Shown: positions 22,740 through 34,966, counted from the first letter of the stretch. The stretch: 37,102 nt of DNA from Octopus bimaculoides (GCF_001194135.2 NC_068983.1:118530114-118567215); one strand, 5' to 3'. Numbers and translations: made by a program. Notes: generated by a model not told the origin, from the letters alone.

Positions 22740-23620
22740 ACAGGAAACAACTTCTATCTCATTCCAGGGTGAAAAACTAGAGGTAGTCGATAGCTTCCGC
22801 TATCTGGGCGACCAAGTTAGTAGTGGGGGTGGGTGCGCTGAAAGTGTAGCTGCTAGAATAAGAATAGCCTGGGCAAAGTTTAGAGAGCTCTTACCCCTGC
22901 TGGCGACAAAGGGACTCTCACTCAGAGTAAAAGGCAGACTGTATGACGCATGCGTACGAACAACCATGCTACATGGCAGTGAAACATGGGCTGTAACTGC
23001 TGAGGACATACGTAAGCTCGCAAGGAATGAAGCCAGTATGCTCCGTTGGATGTGTAATGTCAATGTGAANNNNNNNNNNNNNNNNNNNNNNNNNNNNNNN
23101 NNNNNNNNNNNNNNNNNNNNNNNNNNNNNNNNNNNNNNNNNNNNNNNNNNNNNNNNNNNNNNNNNNNNNNNNNNNNNNNNNNNNNNNNNNNNNNNNNNNN
23201 NNNNNNNNNNNNNNNNNNNNNNNNNNNNNNNNNNNNNNNNNNNNNNNNNNNNNNNNNNNNNNNNNNNNNNNNNNNNNNNNNNNNNNNNNNNNNNNNNNNN
23301 NNNNNNNNNNNNNNNNNGCCTGACTGGCTCCTGTAGGATTTTCGAGCGAGATCGTTGCCAGTGCCCCTGGACTGGCTTGTGCGGGTGGCACATAAAAGAC
23401 ACCATTTCGAGCGTGGCCGTTTTCGTGCGGGTGACACGTAAAAGCACCCACTACACTCTCTGAGTGGTTGGCGTTAGGAAGGGCATCCAGCTGTAGAAAC
23501 TCTGCCAAATCAGACTGGAGCCTGGTGTTGCCATCCGGTTTCACCAGTCCTCAGTCAAATCGTCCAACCCATGCTAGCATGGAAAGCGGACGTTAAACGA
23601 TGATGATGATGATGATGATG
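22740..23620 (+). mobile_element. 5'-truncated RTE-clade LINE (C-terminal ORF region, gap, 3' UTR, (GAT)n tail)
   Basis: Open frame GEKLEVVDSFRYLGDQVSSGGGCAESVAARIRIAWAKFRELLPLLATKGLSLRVKGRLYDACVRTTMLHGSETW is the typical RTE post-RT region. Tail ends ttaaacgatgatgatg. Confidence 0.92.
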
Positions 23621-23867
23621 ATTAGTTTAGTTACAAAGCAGCAAAACCAATACAGCAGTACTCTACAATACTAGTGCTTCTGTGGAGCACACATAATGAC
23701 TCTAATACAAATAGACCATTTCCAACAAAATATTTCATGCTATATGATTAAGTGTCCTTGCTGGTATGTATTGAGCTGTGTTTTTGTTTTTTTAGTAATG
23801 TTTATATTTGATAAATAATGTGTTTGACAAGTTTTCTTATAGACAAGACATCTCTAGTAAGTTTCTT

Positions 23868-24288
23868 CATCATTGTTTTAATGCTCACTTTTCCATAACT
23901 GCATGGGTCAGTCAGAATTCCCTGAAGCTGATTTACTATGGCTGGATGCCCTTCATGTTGCCAACTCTTACCTGTTTCTATGCAAGGTAACACTTCCTCA
24001 TGGCTTGATACACATTAAAAAAAAAAAAAATTTATGAAACATTGGAAACGAAAGACACTGCTTTTATGATGGTGGAACTTATTTCCAAATGTTGAGCAAT
24101 ATTAAAACAAGGAAACACAAATGCACAGAAATGCACTCACACAGATGTACAGACACTTACTTACACATACGCATACATGATAAGCTTCTTTCAATTTCCA
24201 TCTATCATGTCTACTCAGAAGCCACTTACCCCAAAGAAACACACTGTGGTTGGGAAGTGAACTTCTTAATCACAGTGATACCTGCACC
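23868..24288 (-). mobile_element. Degenerate SINE: family-1-like head plus RTE-like tail
   Basis: Minus-strand head ggtgcaggtatcactgtg...cttcccaaccacagtg. Tail gttggcaacatgaagggcatccagcc...acccatgcagttatggaaaagtgagcattaaaacaatgatg. Confidence 0.55.
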
Positions 24289-24587
24289 CCCCCCCCCNNN
24301 NNNNNNNNNNNNNNNNNNNNNNNNNNNNNNNNNNNNNNNNNNNNNNNNNNNNNNNNNNNNNNNNNNNNNNNNNNNNNNNNNNNNNNNNNNNNNNNNNNNN
24401 NNNNNNNNNNACTATGACTAAGCTTCATATGACTCAAAGTTTTGTGCGACTTGCTCATCTCATCAGATGTGATGGACATGTTCTATGCATCCACAGAACT
24501 AAATTGCGTGAAGCTGTGTCAAACTGTTATTAAATACATGTAACTCCAACTAAATGAATAGAGTGATACTTTTACCTTTTCACTCAC

Positions 24588-24627
<40 letters not shown>

Positions 24628-24870
24628 ATGCATGTATATGAGTGTGTACAGTTAAAAATGTACAATAAGATGTGAAAAATCTTTGCTGCAGAAACTGTCT
24701 AGAGAGAATAATTCTCCTTATAGACAATATAAGTGAAAACACACAGCTGGGCTGTGAATAAGGAGAACTTTTTTCTCTTGAGACCATTTCTATAATGAAG
24801 GTCTTTCCATATCCAAGAATACATCAATGTGTTAAATATAATTGTACATTTTTAACTGTACACGCCTGTA

Positions 24871-25050
24871 CAGCGCCATGTAAAAGCATCCAGGACACTC
24901 TGTAAAGTGGTTGGTGTTAGGAAAGGCACCCAGCTGTAGAGACCATGCCAAATCAGACTGGAGTCTGGTGCAGCTCCTCAGCTTGCCAGCTCTGGTCAAA
25001 CCGTCCAACCCATGCCAGCAGGGACAATAGACATTAAATGATGATGATGA

Positions 25051-25053
<3 letters not shown>
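24871..25053 (+). mobile_element. RTE-type 3' tail fragment
   Basis: Matches 23440-23620. Confidence 0.8.
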
Positions 25054-25085
<32 letters not shown>

Positions 25086-25109
25086 AACACACAATAAACT
25101 CCTAAATCC

Positions 25110-25632
25110 ACATGTATGAATGTATCTCCATGTACATTGTTACATCTATTGCAAACAAAAACCCGCAACATATGGACATTTCTTTCAGTTTTTATGTATC
25201 ATTTGTATATTTACACATTGTCACAGTTCTGGCCTTTACAAGTCTCACAGGCATGTAGCACTACTTTGCACATAAGCATTGTACAATTTGTTTTTGACTC
25301 TGGGTGAGAGGCCCTTTCTTGCCAGTAGTAGTAGTTGTAGCTCCCTAATTTTTTTCTAACCCTTTCTTTCCTTGGCAACTATGATCCCAGAATACCCATC
25401 CCACCTACTGATTAAATCACTTAAATAACAAAAACTGACTGTTTATAAGGAGCTTTCTGAGTAGTTGAGAGAATCCATTTCCTGGATACATTATTTCCTT
25501 AATGTTGCTGTACACAGGGCACATAATAAAAGTTGTCTTTGTTGTTGGCCTATTTGTGATCCCACTACATCTCTTGAGTGTTTATTATTTACATAAAGCA
25601 CAATGTATGGAGTTTCTGCCGACTCCTTTTGG
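25110..25632 (-). pseudogene. Decayed RTE-type LINE ORF fragment
   Basis: Minus-strand translation shows KGVGRNSIHCALCK, VSFCYLSDLIS and KKIREL...LARKGLSPRVKNKLYNAYV, homologous to 22780-22960. Stops and frameshifts present. Confidence 0.8.
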
Positions 25633-26269
25633 ATGGATGGATGGATGGTGGAGGGAGGGATGGATGGGTGGATGGAGGGATGGATGATAGATAGATAGAA
25701 AGGTAGATAGAGAGAGAGAGAGAGAGAAAATACATAGCCAAATGGATAGAGAGATAAACAGATAGAAAGAAAGACAATTAACTAGGTATGTAGTGAGGGA
25801 GGAAGGCTCTTGTAAGCAAATAATTTTTAATAAAAATCTCATTATTTTTCTCAAGGAACCAGGAACACTATTAGCTTGTCAAATGAGAAATTAGCTCATC
25901 TAAACAGTTGCTAGAGTTGTAAAATATGTTGTTGTAGTTGAAAACATTTGTTATATAATATTAATGGTCAGTGTGTGTGTTTGTGTGTGAGTCAGTTTGA
26001 ATCTCTGCAAATGCAGTTTGTTACATACAATTACAAAAAAAATTAAATGCTAACATGATTTTATATTTAAAATTACCTACAGGAATTCAAGTATTTTCTT
26101 GTAAATTGAATGGTTTTTAATTTTCATTCTTTTTTTATAACAAATGCCCCATGGTGTATATTTAAAGATATAATTGAAAAACTGTGTCTTATATTTTTAA
26201 ATTGCTTGACTACATTTAAAGATTAGGAAGAAAGCAGACAACTTTACATCTATTGCAATGTTAGGCTGT

Positions 26270-26460
26270 GGTTGCTTAGTCCGAATCAGAACTGATAAGC
26301 AGATCTATGATGCAAGATATATCAGCTGTGACTGTCATGTCTTTTAAAGTGTATCTAACACTTGTACCCTTCCAATGTATCCTTCCACTTTTAAGATGAT
26401 AGCATATGATTTGAGGAAGATTTAGTAGCTATTTCTAGCAGACCAACTGACAATGTAGAG
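26270..26460 (-). mobile_element. Old dispersed repeat copy
   Basis: Homologous to 19330-19500 and 1255-1420. Confidence 0.45.
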
Positions 26461-27393
26461 TCAAACACACTGGCTTGCTATTGCAGCTTATATCTGTGAT
26501 GAATGACTAAATTACAGTATGAACAGTGAGTGTTGTAGAATAGCAGGTAAGCTCATAACATGCTGAGTTTGCAATGCAGTTTTGATTTCTAGTTATAGCT
26601 ATCTACCTTACATTATTAATACTACTGGGGAAGAAGACATGCACAAAACAGTTCTTATTTTCCTCCCCTCTTAAAAAATCTTTTCAGCTCATGCTTCCTG
26701 TAGAAAGCAACAAGAATCTACCACAGGGTAGCTTTCTTGATACATTATATTGGTATCATTGAAAACTCATCTTGAAATGAATATGCTTTCAAGTAAATAA
26801 TTTATTTGTATGTATTTATACATGTAAGTATGTACTAATAACTATATGCTGTTCGGCATATGTCTCTGCATTTTGTGTTGCTTGAGTGTGATTGCATCAG
26901 CATTAAAATTCTCATTAATGTATAATTGTACTGGTACAAGTTGTAGCAACCGTAACTTGGGTTAGTATAAATATATATATATATATATCAGTAGGAAGAA
27001 GATTGACATTGTCAATGAACATCAATTACATAACTCTATGTAATTCGTAGTACTTGGAAATAAAACAGCAGTGATACTTGTGATGTATCCTTATTCAAAA
27101 TACAATGTTGATAGTATTGAAACCAGAGAATTTCAACATTACTTTTTACCAAATCTGTTCCTTTTAAAGCAACATTTAGAATGAAATACATCTATGATCA
27201 AAGGCCAGGGCTGGCCCTAGGGTTGCTCGCGCCCCAGGCAAACTAAACTTTGGCATATACAAGCTGATGGTCAGGGAAATTTCCTTGTCTTTGTCACGCC
27301 CTCCTTGGCACACTGGGTGACTGCCTGAGTTGTTGGTACTTTGAGCTGGCTTTGTCAAAAGCATTCCAGTTATGATTATCCTGCCTTTTTTTT

Positions 27394-27583
27394 CAACAGC
27401 AGTTGTCAAGTGGTGGTTGAGTGACAAATATAAATACAAAGACACACACATGACAGGTTTCCACATAGTTTCCATCTATCAAAGTCATTGGAAGCACTTG
27501 CCCAAAAGTGCCCTGTAGTGGGACTGAACTCAAAACCATGTGGTTAGAAAGTAAGCTTCTTAATTGCACAGCCATACCATACC
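27394..27583 (-). mobile_element. Partial SINE family 1
   Basis: Matches the family-1 head and middle. Confidence 0.7.
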
Positions 27584-27797
27584 TGCAACTAGGTTATAAT
27601 TATTATTACAGATTAAAAGGCTTTGATTCAATTGAGGGAAAATACTCCAATACATCGTATATTTTAAGTAAGAGAGAAATTAAACATTAAATATAAGGAT
27701 TAGAATAATTGTGATGAATTAGATCTGTGCTGTACACATTGGTAGGCAATGATATGTATTGGTCAAACCATAATTGTTTGCAATATATGAACTCTAT

Positions 27798-28245
27798 AAG
27801 GCAGCGAGCTGGCAGAATCATTAGCATGATGGATAAAATGATTAGCTGCATTTCATCTAGCTTTATGTCTGAGTTCAAATTCTGCTGAGGTAACTTTGCT
27901 GTTCATCCTTCCAGGGTTGAGAAAAATAAGTACCAGTTGAGCACTGAGGTTAATGTAATTGACTCCCCACACCCATAAATTGCTGGCCTTGTACCAAAAT
28001 TTGAAATCAGTATATGAACTCAAGTTAAGGTGATGAGCTGGCAGAATCATTAGCATGCTGGGCAAAAAATCCTTAGGGGTGTTTTGTCTGTCTTCATGTT
28101 CTGAGTTCGCATTCTGCTGAGGTTAACTTTGCTGTTTATCCTTCCAGGGTTGATAAAATAGGTACCAGTTGAGCATAGGGGTCACTATAATCGATTTGCC
28201 CCACCCCACCCTCGTAATTACAGGCCTTGTGCCAAAGTTTGAAGA
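27798..28245 (+). mobile_element. Tandem dimer of SINE family-2 variant
   Basis: Two ~215-bp copies starting at 27798 and 28027 (aagg(c/t)g(g/a)(c/t)gagctggcagaatcattagcatg), each ending ggccttgt(a/g)ccaaa(a/g)tttgaa. Confidence 0.8.
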
Positions 28246-28831
28246 CAGTATATGAATTGTAAACAGGTTTTGTAAAAATCATAGTTTTAAGAGGGAAATC
28301 CCATAGCATATAAGGTGGAATACCAAACTTCTTGAATTATTTGTTAACATGACCCTTTTGGTTAATGTTCTAAGTTCACATGTACTAAAAACTAATATAT
28401 ATGTTTCCCTTCATTTTTGCTTCTGTGAGTGGGTTGAATAAATAGCGGAGGAAAACAATCCATCAACAAATTTCAGCATAGAAGGAGGATAGTATTTGGT
28501 TCCAGCACTGTGTCTATGAATTGGAAGTTCAAAGATAGTTGTTCAGATGTAATGACAGTTATGCAAAACAAATACATGTTATCCAACATTTTTGCACAAT
28601 ATGCCACCTGATGTGATTGGCAAAGTTTCACCAAAGTTGTTTGTAATATGTTCTGAAGATAGCCAGTCAAAGTTATATATCATTCAGTTTTGTAAGCAAG
28701 AAAACTGTCACAATAAATATTAACATCTGGTTTCACAGAAAATTGGATGTGTCATCAGTAGCAACTCACCAAACATATGTATACACACACATACATTCTA
28801 TGTATATACATGTATATGTGTATGTACATAA

Positions 28832-28889
<58 letters not shown>

Positions 28890-28911
28890 GAAGTTTATAC
28901 GTATACATATA

Positions 28912-29267
28912 TTCTTTTATTCTTTTACATGTTTCAGTCATTTGATTGCAGCCCAGCCATATTGGAGCACTGCCTTAAAGAGTTTTTTAGTTGAAGAAAT
29001 CGACCCCCCAGGACTTATTCTATTGGCTACTTTTGCTGAAGCGCTAAGTTACAGGGGACATAAGCATACCAACATCAGTTGTCAAGCAATGACAGGGAGA
29101 CAAACACATCCACAAAGACATACACATATACGACAGGCTTCTTTCAGTTTCTATCAAATCCACTCACAAGGCTTTGGTTGGCCTGAGGCACTTGCCCAAG
29201 GTGCCATGCAGTAGGACTGAACCTGGAACCAGGTGGTTGGGAAGCAAGCTTCTAACTACACAGCCAC
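28912..29267 (-). mobile_element. SINE family 1
   Basis: Reverse complement matches family 1. Confidence 0.85.
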
Positions 29268-29667
29268 AGTGAGTTTTCCTAAGAGTACTTCAAATAACGT
29301 TTAAATTAACATAAGTATGATTAAAAATAGATTTCATGTATTTTCCAAAAGCAAAACATCACTAAATTATGTTTTTCTAAAAAAACTGGAATTAGTAAAA
29401 GTGGTGATCATCCCTCTTTGGAGTCAAACACAGTTTATTTAGTTTTTACATTATTGGTATTCATTGGGTATCCTTCATTTTTTTAAGAGAGTAGGGTTTT
29501 TTTTAGAAAAGAATATTTGATTATTACTTCTAGTAGTTTAAGAAACCACATAATGATTCTCTCAGTGTTTCAAATAAATCCACTAAGTCTTTATGGAGTG
29601 AATATATGCATGCATGTATTTTTATATGAATGGCTAAGTGATTTTACTTGTTAAAGAAGAAAGCTTT

Positions 29668-29973
29668 TTAACCATTATTTGTACCAGTATTTCTTATGTC
29701 AAAAACTAACTGACAGTCTTGGGCAGGCTAGTATCAAAAGATCTAACTCTTTCTGGTACCAAGCAACTTAAGACTGTCCTGGCTGTAAGATTCAAACTTC
29801 TTATTTTAATGTCTACTAAATTTAAAATTTTCCCTCAGAATTCCAAACTAATCTATCTTCCCAAAACCAGCTTAATACGGACCATGTTATTTTAATAAGT
29901 TCTTAATTATTTTCAAAATTAATGAACACAAAGGTAGTGTGTTTAAACAGAAATATGGTAACAAAAGGGTTAG
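29668..29973. mobile_element. Two adjacent family A MITEs: internally deleted (29668-29746) and inverted full-length (29743-29973)
   Basis: TTAAccattatttgtacc...gtatcaaaagatCTAActctttctggtacc...ggtaacaaaagggTTAG; ends match 3156-3385. Confidence 0.6.
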
Positions 29974-30004
29974 AGACCTTCAGCCTTTTTTCTGTAGATA
30001 GGTC

Positions 30005-30303
30005 TCATCATCATCGTCGTCGTTTAACATCCACTTTCCATGCTAGCCTGGGTTGGACGATTTGACTGAGGACTGGTGGACCAGGAGGCGACACCAGGCT
30101 CCAATCTGATCTGGCAGAGTTTCTACAGCTGAATGCCCTTCCTAACGCCAACCACTCAGAGAGTGTAGTGGGTGCTTTTACAAGCCACCGGCACGAGGGC
30201 CAGTCAGGCAGATACTGGCGACGGCCACGCTCGAAATGGTGTATTTTACGTGCCACCTGCACAGGAGCCAGTCCAAGCGGCACTGGCACGATTTCGCTCG
30301 AAT
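30005..30303 (-). mobile_element. RTE-type 3' UTR fragment
   Basis: Reverse complement is close to 23330-23620. Confidence 0.85.
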
Positions 30304-30636
30304 GTCTTACTGGCAAACAGCCATGCCTGAAATGGAGGTCTCTTCTTCCTATATAATATATTCTACAATTTGAGCATTTTTCACCAACTGCAAATGTTGC
30401 TTTTACCACAACACAGTAAATAATTCATTCTAACATCTTTTTGTTTTTAAAGAAGAAGCTGACTAGAAGATTCCTTTAGATAAATTATTTAGAAAAGGAA
30501 ATATTATAACCCCACTCCCACTACCAAAAAATATGGTTCAGACTATACAAGTGTGTGTATCTACACATACATACATATCTACATCCATCCACCCATTCAT
30601 CATCCATACATATTGAAATCATACTGACTATAGTTT

Positions 30637-31083
30637 AGTGGCTGTGTGGTAAGTAGCTTGCTTACCAACCACATGGTTCCGGGTTCAGTCCCACTGTGTG
30701 GCACCTTGGGCAAGTGTCTTCTACTATAGCCTCGGGCCGACCAAAACCTTGTGAGTGGATTTGGTAGACGGAAACTGAAAGAAGCCCGTCGTATATATGT
30801 ATATGTATGTATATATATATATATATGTGTATATATGTGTATATATATATATATATTTATATATCTGTATGTGTGTTTGTGTGTCTGTTTGTGCCCCCAC
30901 CATCGCTTGACAACTGATGGTGGTGTGTTTACGTCCCCGTAACTTAGTGGTTCGGCAAAAAGAGACCGATAGAATAAGTACTAGGCTTACAAAGAATAAG
31001 TCCTGGGGTTGATTTTCTCGACTAAAGGTGGTGCTCCAGCATGGCTGCAGTCAAATAACAGAAACAAGTAAAAGAGTAAAAGA
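30637..31083 (+). mobile_element. SINE family 1 (young copy)
   Basis: CpG-retaining full-length match to 11010-11423. Confidence 0.9.
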
Positions 31084-31381
31084 GAAGTGTTGGGCTTCAC
31101 AGAGGCAATAGCAAATGACCGAAACCTTTGGCAATATGCCATGCTTGAGTAGAAGATCAATCAAGCCAAGTGAACTCATAGTTGTGGTAGATGTCACACA
31201 ACTGGTGCCTGTGCTAGTGACATGTAAAAGCACCCATTACATCCTTGGAGTGGTTGGTGATAGGAAGGGCATCCAGCTGTAGAAATCAGACTGATGTTTG
31301 GTGCAGCCCCTCAGTTTACCAGCCCTGGTCACACCATTCAATCATGCCAGCATGGGTTGGATGATGATGATGATGATGATA
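31084..31381 (+). mobile_element. RTE LINE 3' end (last codons plus UTR)
   Basis: LGFTEAIANDRNLWQYAMLE*KINQAK* resembles an RTE ORF C-terminus. Followed by the shared UTR and (GAT)n tail. Confidence 0.7.
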
Positions 31382-31406
31382 ATTATATATATCTATATAT
31401 GGTATC

Positions 31407-31446
<40 letters not shown>

Positions 31447-31597
31447 ATATATATGTGTATATGTGTGTGTGTGAATGTATACATATACATATATATGTTT
31501 ATATATGTATGCCATAAATATGTATGTATACACATACATATCATCATCATCATCATCATCTGTTTTCCATGCTGGCATGGGTTGGACTATCTATCTA

Positions 31598-31630
<33 letters not shown>

Positions 31631-31781
31631 ACACACAATGTTATACAATAGTTTCTGTACCAAATTTCAGCCACATAGCATAAGTCAACATGAACCAAAA
31701 AGAGAAGACACCTAAAGTGTCACAGAGTGGGAAGGGAACAAGCCCAAAGCCATACAATCATAAATCGGAATCAGCTCTTCA

Positions 31782-32006
31782 TTAACCCTTTAGCAATCAG
31801 ATCCCTTTCTCAAATGTAATGCTTGTTTATTCACATTGCTTTGAATTAATCATGCATTACCTTGTAACTTCAAGATAACTGGTGTGTTAGTATATTTTAG
31901 AATAACATTGTAAGATAGGTGTGAGAGGTTAGATCTGATCAGTTTCAACATAAAACAGGTAGAATATTTGGGTTGGATATGGCTAGATTAAATGCTAAAG
32001 GGCTAA
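31782..32006. mobile_element. piggyBac-like MITE, family B
   Basis: TTAA|CCCTTTAGCAAT...AATGCTAAAGGG|CTAA. Confidence 0.8.
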
Positions 32007-32079
32007 GGGCATGTTGTATTGAAAACATGTCTGTAATAATTTTCAAATGTTTTCTGACAAGTTTATTAAATTTTCAACA

Positions 32080-32310
32080 TATGCGGGGGTGCTGAAAAGC
32101 TCCTGGCTTTAAGGGTATCATGAAAGGTCTGATTGGAGGCCCAACTTTCTGAGTTCTTTTACAGGGCTTAGAAAATCTTAGAAAAACTCAATGGCTGCTA
32201 CAATAAGTGTGTGAATCTGAGAGAGGAATATGTTTAATAAAATCATAATTAACTGATCCTCCTGTATTTTTTTTTATCTAAAGCCAGGAACTTTTCAGCA
32301 CCCACTTATA
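32080..32310. mobile_element. Mariner-like MITE with TA TSD
   Basis: TA|tgcgggggtgctgaaaagctcctggcttt ... aaagccaggaacttttcagcacccactta|TA. Second copy, inverted, at 36968-37102. Confidence 0.8.
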
Positions 32311-32837
32311 TCCAATACTATCTGAAAATGAAAAGCAACATGATATAAAGAAAGACCAGCTTATTGAGCTAAATTTCTAGCTGAATAGATTCAATAGCTA
32401 TAACCATTATTTTTTTTTTTTGTTTTTCAATCCTCTTTTACACAATTTTATTTTCCTATTACTGTTATTTAATACATTTTAACAATTTAAGAATCTCACA
32501 CTGTTCCATGTTTCTACATACTAAAAAACAGCAGTCAAATCTCCCACAGATCAAACATCATCTGAAAAATCAGGACAAAGCCCATATCTTTACAAAGACA
32601 AAAGAATCCTTGCTAGCATGTATTTAATCATCAGTCTGCTTGAAAAACATTGAGTCGCACAAAACAGTAGCAGCAGGACCAATAACAACATCAGCAAACA
32701 ACGCTGTTCAAACCTTACAGTGATCTTGTAGAAGAGGTAAATGATCAATAATGTGAATTTGTGATTCAGGTTTCAATCCCCATGAGTAGCAAATGCTCTT
32801 CTCTTACTTTTACTTGAGAAAACCATCAATATCATGC

Positions 32838-33184
32838 AGGGTAAAGGGTAAAGATTCCCTTCAGTCATTAATGATGATGGGATTGCACCTAGAAAGTTTG
32901 CTCTGAGGCACAAGTCCAGGCAAGGTTGTTTGTGGAAGACCAGCAGTTGCCCATGCATACCAGCTTCCTATCTCCATGCCATCGATGTTATCCAATGGAA
33001 CGGAAAAGGCTAATACAGCTTGGCCCTAGTGACATTGCAACTCATTTCTACAGCTGAGTGAACTGGAGCAATGTGAAATAAAGTGTCTTGCTCAAGGACA
33101 CAACACACAGCCGAGTCCAGGAACTGAGCTTACTATCTCATGATCATGAACCCAACACTCTAACCACTAATCCATGCACCTTCA
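32838..33184 (-). mobile_element. tRNA-headed SINE (head X + tail Q)
   Basis: Reverse complement shares head and GTGTCCTTGAGCAAGACACTTTATTTCACATTGCTCCAG...CAGCTG block with 4961-5100, then has an unrelated tail ending (ACCCTTT)n. Confidence 0.8.
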
Positions 33185-33611
33185 TTAAGACTCATACAAT
33201 CACACATGAAATATCATGCAATCATACATGAAAAAGGCATTGATATCACATTTCTCCTATCCTATCCGACAATGAGACATCTTTAATAATTGTAATATTT
33301 GAATATTGTATAACGTAATACTGTTTATAAAATTGAGGGCAGTCAATATACAATACATATCAGTACTACATTGGTGTCAATTATGTTGACTGCCTGTCCT
33401 TTTTCGCTGCAAAATTTGACATTGTACCTCAGCAAAGGAAAGCAATACTGCACAAAAAAATTTGATTTAAATGCAACTTTTTTATTCAAGTGTCATGGGG
33501 AAAAAAATCTACAATGAATTTATAAGAGTTAACAGCACCTATAAATAGGTTACATACAATATACACATATACACACACACATATGTGTATGTGCATGTGT
33601 GTGTGTGTGTA

Positions 33612-34966
33612 TCTATACTATAAAAGGCAAATCTACTCTGTGTGTGTGTATGTTTAAAATTCATACATTTACACAATTCAAAATTTTTTCGATTAAACAA
33701 TCGCAATTAATATTCTAAATACAATAAGTTAGGTCACTGCGTCATTTTTTCACTCCAAAAATGTCCTAATAATGAATAAAATCCGTAAAACTACAGGAGT
33801 AAACATTTTCTCCCTAATAAAATCTAATTTCCTCTTTCTAATACAAATCCTTTCAACTCCTACTTCCTCTTATGTCCTACTTTCTCTTATGAACCTTTAC
33901 AAAAATACAACAACAAATACAAAAAGAAAGGAAGGAGAAAAAGAAAACTATCAAAACTGAAACAATCACATTTCGATACTGTAATGACAGATACATACAA
34001 AATTACTTTGCCCCTCTAAAATTAACTATTTCTATTCCTCTTACACATCATTTCAATTGCTACTTTCTCTTATGAACGTTTACGAATGATCCAAGAAAAA
34101 AGACAAAGAAATGAAGGAGAGTGAGAGTCAAATAAACAGACACACTACCAATCATACGTAAATACACACATATATATGTACCTATGGTTACCAATGACCT
34201 CATTCTAATTGGCGGGAATTATAAGTTTACTTTCCATTTCTAACACCGTCATTTACCAGCGAAACATCTTTCTCAAATACCATCAACAAACATTTATTCC
34301 CTACAAACTATGAGTTTTTTTTGAAAATCTTTTCATAAATCTTGAGATTAACACCCACATCATTACCTACCTAACCCTAACACTGTAGTGAAAATTGTAC
34401 GGGTGTTAATCTGAAAATTTAACAATCTTTTTTAAAACACTTTTACTTACTAACATCTTTTTTATTTAGTGTGTGTGTTGCCCATATATATATATACACT
34501 TAAGACTTAGTTGTGGGTTTTCACTAGGGTGTTAGGGTTACGACGAGGGTTAGTCTTACGGTTACGGTTTTAGGGTTAGGGTTACGTAATCGTGCGGGTG
34601 TTAATCTGAAAAATCACTGAAATGTGAAAACTACCGACCCTCCCATCTGTTATAACTTTTGCTGTTCTGTTTAATATGTACATAGATTATGCCTCCGTTT
34701 AAAAAGACAGCAACAGACTGCAGCAATTCACCACTTTCCAGAAGTTACTTTGAACATAATGCAAAACAGTGCATCATCATCTACTGCCCAATCTGATAGA
34801 ATTCTGGCAGAACTGTGTAGCAACAGATCGCCAGCAATTGCTTCATCAGAAATTGCCGTCCTACCTCCTGCGAAAAGGAATTACCCTGCTATGTGTAATC
34901 AAGGCAGCGCAAAAAGTTGTTTTGCACAAGCATTTGTATAGCCAATTAGACGGATGAAATTTACGT
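33612..34966 (+). mobile_element. Probable Helitron relic with decayed PIF1-type helicase fragment
   Basis: 5' end A|TCTATACTATAAAAGG. 34801-34878 translates ILAELCSNRSPAIASSEIAVLPPAKR, resembling RepHel motif Ia region (AVASSGIAATLLPGGR), with a DE dipeptide at ~34953-34958 in another frame. 3' end not visible (gap). Confidence 0.5.
34345..34607. mobile_element. Fold-back element with telomere-like (TTAGGG/TAACCC) arms
   Basis: Left arm agattaacacccacatcattac...taaccctaacactgtagtgaaaa. Right arm reverse complement agattaacacccgcacgattac...taaccctaacaccctagtgaaaa. Confidence 0.65.

Noticed and set aside
27206-27243. GC-rich CAGGGCTGGCCCTAGG...GCGCCCCAGG resembling a hAT MITE end
   Set aside because: No partner TIR or TSD found, so it is too short to call.
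28470-28730. Several 40-65-codon open frames on both strands
   Set aside because: No coherent splice pair or recognisable motif.
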